DNA of 64,000 nucleotides, taken from NCBI GenBank assembly GCA_965113315.1, contig OZ220372.1. The stretch is one strand, 5' to 3'. The notes beneath the pieces are model-generated. The model was not told the origin of the DNA, made no database searches, and worked only from the letters and a program-made list of their open reading frames with translations. This stretch comes from Podarcis vaucheri. Its lineage: Eukaryota. The translations under genes were made by a program, and so were the position numbers. Shown in pieces: positions 11,501 through 21,400 of this stretch (position 1 is the stretch's first letter; the number at the start of each line of letters is the position of its first letter).

Positions 11501-14048
11501 CATTGCAAGGCAGCCTGACATTATTTATATTGAAAGATAGTGTATAGAAATTAACTGAATTTTCACAGGAATCCCAAAAAAATTGCAGCATAGCTGTGAC
11601 CATTTATAACAATAGTTGTCTTTTGTTTTCTTTTTTAAAGGAAGCACCAACAAACAAACTTCTCTATGCGAAAGATATTCCACTTTACAAAGAAGAGGTT
11701 AAAGCTTTCTATAAAGCAATTAGGGATTTACCTTCATTGTCCACTTCGGAGCTAGAAGAATTTTTAACTCAGGAATCTAAGGTATCATTTCATTGTTTCT
11801 GCCCACCTATTCAGATGGTATGACGGCATGCTGTGCCTTGGCTGTAAAGCAAGAACTGGCCTCTTGAATGAGAAACATCCCAATGGTGCCCTGCAGACAC
11901 TAGTAATGTTTCTCCCTCACCTTGCATATTTATTAACCCAGTTCCTAGAGCAAAGATTGTGGCCACTGTGTTTCTCCCACAATGCTACTGAGGCATTAAG
12001 CCACACTTTGGCACAGTGTTGATGTCCAAACCTGTAGATAATACCATGAGCCTAAATTGGGACATAACATCTGAGCAGTAGCAGGCCCAGTAAAGTATCA
12101 CAGTGGCTGTGATCTTCACTCCAGAAAGCCATACATCTGCTTGCTTGCACGCAGCCATGGTTTGGCTCAATGTTGTTTGCAAGCCATGTCATTATTAACT
12201 ATTTCATATGCTGTTAGCATTGTTTCACCAGTTTTCCTTTCCCCCTCACAGAAACATGAAAATGAATTTAATGAGTCTGCAGCCTTGACTAAAATTTACC
12301 ACTACATAGCAAGATATTACGATGATGTAAGTTCCTCTTTTTTTCACTCCCTCTCTTTCTCTAGTTACCAAAATGTCTAGTAGTATGCCCTTTATCTATA
12401 CTACACTGTGCCTGGGGCTGCAAAACGTCTGAGTGGTTGACTGAGGAAGTCTGTAAACATTCAGACCACTTTATGAGCAATGTAGAGTGCACATGTACTT
12501 TTTGATCAGGAGCTAAATATACAGCTTGGTTCATGTACATGAGCAGGCCTCAGGTTTGACACAAAAGGAAATTAATCAGTATACAAGAGGAGAAAGTGTT
12601 CACATTGAAGATGGAATAGAAAACTATGTATTGCACTTCCCCTACAAAACAGAACTGCAAAACTTGATCAAACCATGCAGGGAAAATATAAACAATAATT
12701 TGGAAGTAGCAACAATGTATTGCCACAAAAGAAGTGGGGTGAAGTAGAAAGCTTACAGGACCACATATTAACCAAGCCACAGTTTGACATTACATCCTAA
12801 TAAGCCATATAAGAGAGTCCGATTTAGGGGAGTACAGCTAGTTCAGTCACACTGGGCATGGAGCTTCAAGGTCACTAAAACTATGTAGAATGGAAGGAAG
12901 GAGGTGATTGGCATTGCACAGGTTGTTGCTGAAATTTGAGACCCCAAGGACTGCCACTGCATGTAAGGCATGTCTTTTTACTATGTAAAGGTTACTTGAA
13001 TGTTTTAATTGTAGAACAGTTCAGCTTGTATACTATATTTAAACCCATTTATTTATAATGTGCTCTGTTTACATATATATATATGGGCATATCACTGTTA
13101 ATCAGTGGTTTTTTAATCTACAGTCAAATTCTGTAAGGTAAAATAAAACGTACTTATGGCAGTTTTAATAATGCACAAACTATCCCGCATGTCAGGGGTA
13201 GTGGCTTAATGAGTTGTGTCAGGCTAGTCAGAGCTGACCAGATACTTAACTAAGGATTAGTCTGATGAGAACAGAGGAAGGGTACCTGGTAGGATCTGAA
13301 ACAGGAACCTTTACCCAAGTTAAGCAATACGATAAAAAAAGCAGTGACCAAGTCTCACTAAAGCTTATTGTCATAAATACCTGTTTACTCATCCAAATTC
13401 TAAACACTTTTGATGCCACATATAACTGGGCCCCTCCCCTCCCCATTTCCAAAATGTGACTGATTAATCATCTTAGTATAAACATGCCCCTTCAAAACAC
13501 ACCCTATTCTTACAGCTGCTGAAAAGGTTTCAGTCTGTGGCTTTCAAATAAAGGATGTAGTCATTTTATAGATACAAATTTCTGTTTTGACCTTGTTATG
13601 CCACTGGGGGACGGGACAGCTTTCCTATATTGGCTGTATCTTTCCTCATGACTGTTGTACATTGATATGCTTACTTTCATATTGTGCTGCTACCATTACA
13701 TAAATTTGGGCTTGCATTTGCTAAATGTTTGTGGTTTTTAATTTAGATAGCTCTTGTCAGAGGAAGTGTTTTATCTTGTGATTGACAATAAACTTATAAA
13801 CAACAAGATGCATAGGCTGGCATTAGAGGAATGTGGTTTGCTCAAGCAGAGCTACTGTGACACTGAAAAAATGTGTGAAAATAAGGCTGCACACATTTCT
13901 TTTGTTTCCATAGATACTGAATAAATTGGAGAAAGAACGAGGGCTGGAAGAAGCACAGAAGCAGCTGTTGTATATAAAAGCCTTAGCTGACGAAAAGAAA
14001 AAATGCAAGTGGATTTCAGATGAATCAACTGCTCCCTTACTAAGCTAG
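2354..14048 (+). CDS. PLXNC1: Plexin-C1, 3' part (12 coding exons; 5' end outside window). join(2354..2552,3247..3393,4487..4664,5276..5379,7771..7822,8825..8856,8951..9058,9506..9669,9897..10044,11641..11781,12252..12326,13914..14048)
   Basis: Spliced translation gives plexin cytoplasmic GAP/RBD motifs [86 protein letters not shown] and the PLXNC1-type end EKKKCKW. Phases are consistent (1483 nt = 1 + 494 codons). Synteny with CEP83/TMCC3 fits. Confidence 0.97.
3247..3393 (+). CDS. PLXNC1: PLXNC1 exon ([10 protein letters not shown]...EFNTV)
   Basis: ttag|GAG ... GTG|gtatgt, 147 nt. Confidence 0.95.
4260..4440 (+). mobile_element. Degraded L2/CR1-clade LINE 3' fragment
   Basis: gctttttcagtggtggcacc...tgaaatgggct motif typical of reptile L2 ends; similar at ~25620-25790, 59690-59900 and (-) 30760-31170. 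Confidence 0.5.
4487..4664 (+). CDS. PLXNC1: PLXNC1 exon (ELNVVFEN...[14 protein letters not shown]...EMAL)
   Basis: tttcag| ... G|gtaagg, 178 nt. Confidence 0.95.
5276..5379 (+). CDS. PLXNC1: PLXNC1 exon ([17 protein letters not shown]...RHYA)
   Basis: gcag| ... GCG|gtaaga, 104 nt. Confidence 0.94.
5431..5573 (+). mobile_element. tRNA-Lys-derived SINE with CR1-like 3' tail
   Basis: Head resembles tRNA-Lys(CTT) (A box tagcccagtcgg, B box gttcaagcc); tail gtcccttccaactctaaaattctatg is the CR1 3' end. Confidence 0.8.
6128..6298 (+). mobile_element. Old tRNA-derived SINE
   Basis: tRNA-like head (gttcaatccctgg B box) followed by actgagctagatggacc tail; related degraded copies at ~6716-6890 and (-) ~27590-27700. 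Confidence 0.6.
7771..7822 (+). CDS. PLXNC1: PLXNC1 exon ([17 protein letters not shown])
   Basis: ttttcag| ... G|gtactg, 52 nt. Confidence 0.9.
7866..8240. mobile_element. Two adjacent degraded hAT MITEs (7866-7999, ~8120-8240)
   Basis: Same palindromic family as 531 and 1784. Confidence 0.6.
8825..8856 (+). CDS. PLXNC1: PLXNC1 32-nt exon ([11 protein letters not shown])
   Basis: tctcag| ... CTG|gtaagt; restores frame. Confidence 0.9.
8951..9058 (+). CDS. PLXNC1: PLXNC1 exon (ILPDSEAA...KLLSTK)
   Basis: ttacag| ... AAG|gtaagt, 108 nt. Confidence 0.95.
9506..9669 (+). CDS. PLXNC1: PLXNC1 exon ([11 protein letters not shown]...HIWKTN)
   Basis: caaag| ... AG|gtatat, 164 nt. Confidence 0.95.
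9897..10044 (+). CDS. PLXNC1: PLXNC1 exon ([14 protein letters not shown]...QQLGK)
   Basis: gccag| ... AAG|gtagta, 148 nt. Confidence 0.96.
11641..11781 (+). CDS. PLXNC1: PLXNC1 exon ([14 protein letters not shown]...TQESK)
   Basis: ttaaag| ... AAG|gtatca, 141 nt. Confidence 0.95.
12252..12326 (+). CDS. PLXNC1: PLXNC1 exon (KHENEFNE...YYDD)
   Basis: cacag| ... GAT|gtaagt, 75 nt. Confidence 0.95.
13914..14048 (+). CDS. PLXNC1: PLXNC1 last coding exon ([18 protein letters not shown]...[15 protein letters not shown])
   Basis: ccatag|ATA; TAG stop at 14046-14048. Confidence 0.94.
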   Translation: MLNKLEKERGLEEAQKQLLYIKALADEKKKCKWISDESTAPLLS

Positions 14049-17000
14049 TATGAACTTTAAAAACTGCTACTGCATTCAAAGCATCAAGTTCTCCTCAAGC
14101 CTTAGTAGCCTACAGCAACTGTAAGTCCAGATGGGAATGAGCATCGCTAGCTGCACCGAAGACGCATCTCAGAGAAGTCTGGATAAACATTACATTGTTG
14201 ATGTAAATATGCAGCCGTGCGCATAGGACTGGAAGCTTGCTGCCATGTGCAGATTTCCCTTGCCAGATCAAAGCCACTATGGGAAGCAAGATGCTGCACT
14301 CGATAGAGACCTTCGGTCTGATGCACCAGGGAGAATCTTACATTAAGTAATTTTGGCAGTGTTTTAACCACTTTTGATGTGGGGTTTTTTGTTGTTTTTT
14401 TCAACTTTTTTTAAAAAAGGCCCTGAGCCACAAATCTATAAAAACAACCTGCTTGCATTTCATTTTCAGCACTGTGCTCCAAAGGCCCACTTTGCCAAAA
14501 TGATTTCCTTACCTCATTTAACTGAGACAGCCTCCTTCTCTAAGTTCCACATGAGCACAAACATGCAGTATGTTCCAGATGCTTGGGTGCAGCAGCCTTA
14601 AGAAGCATAACCACTGGATCTAGGAGGCCCAGCCTGCTGAAGTCATTTGCAGCTTTCCAAGAAAATAGTTTGTAACCGACGTGGAATGATATGGGACACT
14701 TTACATACCTTCTTGTGGAGAAGCATGCAGAATGGATTGGCTGGCTCACATCCCACTGGAATTTTTAATTGCTATAGCTGTGTCCAGCATTATGTATGTT
14801 CTAAACATTTCTTCCCCCTGCATAGACAATAGATAAGTTTCAAAACAAACTCAGGGACCACTAAGTATTAAGGTATTTTTAATTGACTCTACTGAGGCAG
14901 AAAAGGGTGCTCTGATTTATTTTGTACCTGCAGTTGTTTATATTTTTTTAAATGGTAAATGGAAGGATTATCAAAATAAATTCTACATAGCTTTGCAAGT
15001 ACATGCATCACGTTTTCCAGCTGGGGTAGCTACAGTAGTCTTTGGTCACCTTAAAGACTAACACACAAGCTTTCATGGCCCACCGTCCATTTTAGCAGAA
15101 GCAAGAAGTGTTATGCCGAGTTGGCAGGTTAGAAATGCTAGAAGTGCAGACTGTGACAATCAATGAAATTAATACAACTAACTTGGCATTGGGAAGCAAA
15201 TTAGCAGATCACTTCTGCAGGCAATACAAATGAATGGGAAGAGTCACAAACAGTGGTCAACACTATAGGATAGTTGTCTTACCAGGAACAATGCAGGTAT
15301 TTTTTCATGACGGAACTGCTTTGTAAAGTGCACCTCTGATATTAACCTCTACCTTAGCTTATGAAACTAATGTAGGTGTCAACCTGTGTTGTTGCTTGTA
15401 GAACCTTTGATTGGCTTGATAACCGTAGTATCTTGCATCAGTCAGAGGAACTAAATAGTGAAATGAAATGAAATATTTGTGACAATCTGCAGATGAAAGC
15501 ATATTATAACACTTATTGTAAACTGCGTAAAACAATCAAAACTTATTTTCAGACGTATGCAGGTAAATATTTCATCTGATCATGATACATCTAATAACTC
15601 CTCTTCTATGAAAATGACGTTTGTATAAAAATGCATTGATGAAAAATACATTGGATATTTACATGAGATGTTTATTTCAAATACAAAGTATTTGTTGTTT
15701 ACTTTGCTAACTTGTCTTTTTGTTTAACTTGAAGTGTATATATAATTAAAACTACAACATTTCAAAGCAACTCAAAGTGAGAACACATGTCAGACTTTTA
15801 TAGCTAAACCCCTGCTTTACAAAAGGAAAAGAACAGTGTATCTCTACTCAGCTAGAATGGCATGAAATGACCTTTTCTCCATACCTCTCTGGTCTCTCAG
15901 CTGGAGGTTTATATCACAATTTTTGAATACTGCAGTTGCTAATGCAGGTCATTGCCATTAGCAAGAGAAGTCCCACTAGCCTAAGGTTTGTTTTGTCCTT
16001 CCTCCCCTTCGGTTGTGGCAGCTCTGGACGAGTACTGGGAGTTTCAGGAGAAGTTAAGCTACACATATTCTCCCTTCTTCCCCTACCAGATTGCCAAATT
16101 GCAAAGGAGGGAATCACTGACTGAAGCCAAATTCTTCCATGTAGCTGAACAGCCATTTCCAAGAGAGGCTGGGTGATATAGCACCTCTTTTGGCCACTTT
16201 GAAGATCTTGCCATGTGAGGCTGTGAAATGACAGTACACATCAAAATGGGGCCCTCACCAAGTGACTAGTGGACCCATTTGGTTATGCTCTAGGTTTGGC
16301 AGACACCAGCATGATTGTTCTGTTTTACCAAAAGCATCAGAGTGAAATACAGACTCTGGAATCTGTATACAATGAACATGCAGGTCCCAAGCTATGTGGC
16401 ACAATGACAAGTTGGTAATATTGCTGCCCCTTTGCTACCTTGGAAGTGTATAAGCATTTCATATCAGCTCACGCTAGGCCTCTGTATTACTTAAGTGTAA
16501 AGCATCTAATACAGTGAGTGGGTTGTGGTGTTGCCATCAAATTGCTACACATAATGTCATTTACAATATGAGACATAACACATCCTTAGCATTGTTAGGC
16601 CTGCTATTTCTGGAATTTGGCTGGTATTCTATACAAAGCCATGGTCTGACTTAAGATTCCAGTTGGGAAAGAACTCCCAATTTATATGCATAACCTGAGA
16701 AAGAAGGCCCAGCCTTATTCAGAGCCAAACAAGTATAGTGACAGTTGTTCTAAAATAATATATCCTGGTGCATTAAGTATACCTTGCATGCTTTCTAGAC
16801 CTTATTGCTGCCTTCTAATATTTGCAGTTCAGCATACATGGCACTTTGATATTAAAGTTGCAGACAGCATATGAAGGGATCAGAGATTACCTGTGAATAT
16901 TCCTTTTACTTGTTCATCGATGATTCAGGAATTGAGGTGATCTCTTCATCCACCAGACATCAGTTTGTTGAGGAAATCTTCCACTTCTTCCCTAGACCCA

Positions 17001-17593
17001 ATTACTCAAGACATAGCAAAAATTTACCACAGCCCAAAATGATAACCATAGCTTTTGGATTCTCTGTGATTACCTGATAGTTTTAAGATTAACCAAACTG
17101 CTTGTGAAAACAAATTTAATGAATTGTCATGCAAGACTGCTTGACAAGAGTTGTCTAGATTACAGCAGGAAGGGGCAGAGCCACCATAGTTCATCTACAG
17201 TCAGTGTTGAGTCTGTCTCCAAAACTGTAGATTATTTAATATCTGAAATAATATCTAGAACCACCAGAAAAATGACCGTTCTTCTGCATGGCTTGTTCCC
17301 CATTAGACACAGAACCCAAAATTGGTTGGCATTAGGTGAACAGCATGAAACTCTGAGCAACTTCCAACACATATGCCATCACAAAAGCTGTATTTTCACT
17401 GTTGCACGAAGAAAAGGAACTAGGTGCATTTTTAATTATTTGCATGGTAATCAAGGGCACTTAGGTAGGAACAAAAAACCCCTATATTTTAATTATCTAC
17501 CTCTATATTAAAATAAGAAAATCAGTGCTCTTACATCACTGCTGCAAGTAAATAACACACAACAAGGAAGTATATTTTACAAAAATATATTAT

Positions 17594-17599
17594 AATAAA
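17594..17599 (+). terminator. Candidate PLXNC1 polyadenylation signal (alternatives at 14975 and 17754)
   Basis: AATAAA followed by a U-rich downstream tract (tttgttcaccttttttgtt); which site is used is inference. Confidence 0.4.
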
Positions 17600-18045
17600 T
17601 AGATTTGTTCACCTTTTTTGTTAACAAACAAAAATTGTTTTGCACCGCACACATCTCTCGGTATAAAGGTAAAAAGCATATATCCATAATTCATAATCAT
17701 TTTAAAATATTGATTACTTTTGATATCCTTTATAATCATATTAAAGTGCAGATAATAAAGTACTTTATAAAGGCAGAGATCATATTCCCAGAATTTTACC
17801 TGCCTTTAGTTGTTCGGGTTGTTAGGGTTCAACTAATAATGCTTTGGGTTGTTTCAGTATTTTTAATTACATGATGCCAGCCTTAAGCTCACAGTACTGA
17901 TGAAAGATGAAGAACTTCATGATCAAACTGGAAAGGGGGATTTTTCCACACAGCTACTGCACTCCCTAAGTGACTTGAGAAAAGTCTTGTTAGAAAAAAA
18001 AGCTTTAGTGCAACATGATGGATCTCCTCCTATAATCTAAACTAG

Positions 18046-18046
<1 letters not shown>

Positions 18047-18092
<46 letters not shown>
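18047..18092. repeat. (AC)23 microsatellite
   Basis: Perfect dinucleotide run, 145 nt past the CEP83 stop. Confidence 0.97.
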
Positions 18093-18094
<2 letters not shown>

Positions 18095-18237
18095 TTTTCT
18101 TGAATTCTATTGCTGTTGTTGCTTTTAAAAACAATTAAAAATATAGAAAATGATGCAGACTATCCTCTACTTCAAGGCACTTCTGGGTGTGTTTTTGGCA
18201 AAGGACAAAAAGTATATGATGCTTTAGAGTCAAGTGT

Positions 18238-18429
18238 TTATTTGGCATCCCCAGCTGGTAGACCATACTCTTCAACAAGCTTATGTCTATCAGAGTTGGA
18301 GTCCGTGCTTATTACTGACCGAGCTCGTTCAGTAGAGGCCTCAAGCTCTTGTAGCTGTTTCCTCTGGGTGGTTTCAAGTTCTTCCAAGCGCTTGCGAAGC
18401 AGGGAAAGCTCTTTTTGATGCTGTTCCTC
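18238..18429 (-). CDS. CEP83: CEP83 last coding exon (EEQHQKEL...AGDAK*)
   Basis: ttcaag|GAG; TAA at 18238-18240. Confidence 0.93.
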   Translation of the reverse strand, partial: EEQHQKELSLLRKRLEELETTQRKQLQELEASTERARSVISTDSNSDRHKLVEEYGLPAGDAK

Positions 18430-21400
18430 CTTGAAATTAAGAAGCAACCCATTATGTTTAACATTTAGAGAGATATTCTATGACTAACACTTTCATTGCA
18501 ATCTGATGTTGTGCTTGTTATCACCACCTTAAACCATCTCTTTGAGAATGCCTATGTAGCTTATCACCTACCGGCAAGAAAGGGAAGGATGCCTCTGCTC
18601 CAGGTATTGGAGTTGAAGACAATAAGCCTACTTGATTCAGCACTGGGATGTTGGGAAACAAAATTAACCTGCGGAATTCGTTATGTCTCCGCTGCAAATC
18701 CTTTAGTCTTTTCTGAAGGCGAATATGTTCTTCAAAAGGAACATTCTGCCTAAAATAGTCAAGAGGTGAAACAAACGGGACATTGTCTTCAAACATGCAA
18801 ACTTTACCACCAACGCCATCTCAAGTGATGCAGCGAAAAATTTATTTTGGAAGCAATGTTAAACCTTAAGTAATGACGACAGTCGTTTTGTTTCTGAAAC
18901 GTAACAAAATTCAAGAGCGAACAAGATCTCAATGTACCTATTTAACACCTGGTTTTCTGTTTCCAGTTCTTCTCTCTTGGCTTCCAACAGCTCTATCTTC
19001 TCCAGTAACTTCTTTTGCTTTTTGTCATTAAGTGTCTTCCTCTGCAAATAGGGCAAATGCTATGTATAGTTAGAGAAACAAACATTCATTTGATTGTTGA
19101 CCTCCAATGCAGCATACCATTTTCTAACCCATATGCTCTAATTGGAGTCTTATCCCCAAATTCTCAAATTATGTACATATATTCATTGGGAAGGAGGTAC
19201 TTAATACTGAGCACATCAACCTACTTACAATAAGAAAAATAATCAAGTATGAGGGAGGAAGCATTTGCGAAATTGGTGTTTTTATTGGGGGGGGGGGGGA
19301 CATATCCATTTGGAGTTAACTATGATTACCAAAAGAGAGACAACATTATTGTCATTTTATTACAAACATCATTTGTAAAGTGGGAAAGGCTAGCAGGAAT
19401 GATGCAAACAGAGACCCTGACTGAAAAGATATGTTTTGGAAAGAGGAACAGAAAGAAGAACACATCCTACTAGGAGGACATCAAGTAGTGGGACAAAGCC
19501 TTGTGCTTCTTTCTCTCCTCAGTCACTGAAATTCCCTGTTAATTTATTTGGTGTGGAGGGGGAGAGGGAAAGAAAGGTCGCTGGTACTCGGCAAAGCTGT
19601 GAAAATATTTCTGCAACACTTGCATTTGTCCACAGGAAAAAAATATAGCTACATATTTTAAAAATCTAATTAGCTTTGGTGTGTAGCTGTTAATATCTAT
19701 CCACAAACAAAAATTACCGGTAGATGTCACAACTAGGGCTATTTCTCGATGCTATCGCAGCTTTTTTTTTTGCCATTTAAAACACAAAAGCTTTTAGCAA
19801 TAAAGGTCAATATTTTGTTTTACAAATTACAAACATTATGTTGGCTACAATTAGAATCCTGTTATAGAAGCTTCCCTCAGATATATGTTGTAAGTGACAT
19901 GCCTTTTTCTGAGCAACTGCTGCCCGGTGCAATTTTTCTTTCATCTGGTTATACTTCTGTTCTACCTCTGTGATACGCTGAATAAGTTTATGTTTTTCTT
20001 CTAGCCATTCAACATGTTTGTCTTCCAAATTTCTGGAGGGGGGAAAAAAGCAATTGTTGCTCTTGCATATCAAATCCACAGTTAAATCACCACATTCATG
20101 AATGCGCTGAGTATATCGAACGTGGATAAATGAAATCCAGACGTACCTAGAAGGTATGTTTCTTACAATTCCATAAAAAATGGGAAAGGTGATCTGAAAC
20201 TTGCAGGATGTCAAGTGCTAAATCAGCATTTACAAAACTATGTTGGGGCACTTCTATATGGCCTTATAAATGAGTTAGTAGAAGTAATTAAAGGCTCCTG
20301 TGAGTCCAAATATCCATCCAGAGAGAAAATTGACCATCATTTACCAGGCTCTGGGATGCTCTCCTGAGATCTCACAGAGCTGCCTGAGTTCCTGTGAGAT
20401 CTTGCAAGAGCATCCCAGAGCCCAGCAAGCATCCAGAGATTTTAAAAGCTCTTTCTGCACCAGGAAAGCCCAATGCAAAAGCAGTTTCAACCACCCAACT
20501 TTCAACCATTCAAGACTACAATTGTGCAAGTTAATTGTGTGCAAGATGTGATCGTACTGCATTGTTTTTATTGTGAGTTTATTGTGACTTGCTATGAGAG
20601 GCAGACAATAGATTAAGAGGTAACTAAGTACATGGCTATACGTACAGGCTACATTCACACTTAATGGAACAAGGTAAATTACTTTCCTGCTACAGAAAAG
20701 GCATAATTATGTCACAATTCTACCTAGAGAGTCTATGTGTTTTTATGGCAACATTACGTATATCATCTTAATGTGCAGCACATTCCTATGCATGTTGTGC
20801 TTAATTAGGCTTACTTCCACATTAGTGTACATGGGATTGCATCCAGGTTATCAGTGCTATCAAATAAGTAGTGAAACCAAGACATACGGTAATTAATTCA
20901 CATTTCAAATCTATCATAATAGAGAAAATTCACAATACAGGCAACTGTACCCAAGATAAACATCTGGGGCCATTTACTCTCCACAGTACTTTACTTTCTT
21001 GAGACAACAGTAGCAAAATATTAAAAATGAAATCATACTTCTCTGAATCTAACTGAGCCCTTTCTGCTTGACTTCTTGCATTCTGACATTCATGTTTTAA
21101 TCTCTCCATCATTTCCTTCAGTTTCTGATTGGAAACTAGCAAGTTATTCTCCGACTGTGACAGAGAAGCCACTTGGAGCTGCAAATCTTGGATGCGCTGC
21201 AAAAGAAACATAAAAATGATCAATGAAATCATTTATCAAAGCTCTAGAAGTCCCACCAAACAGCATATAAGCCCTATGTACACATCACTCAACTGTAGCA
21301 GTTACATGTGAGCAATAGGAAGTGGAGCCATACTACAGGACCCAACCCAATGTGCCATAGATCCTATTCCCTGTGCATTTACTGCAGACATCTGCAAATG

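Noticed and set aside
17104-17511. 135-aa ORF between PLXNC1 and CEP83
   Set aside because: Non-ATG start, in putative 3'UTR, no recognisable domain
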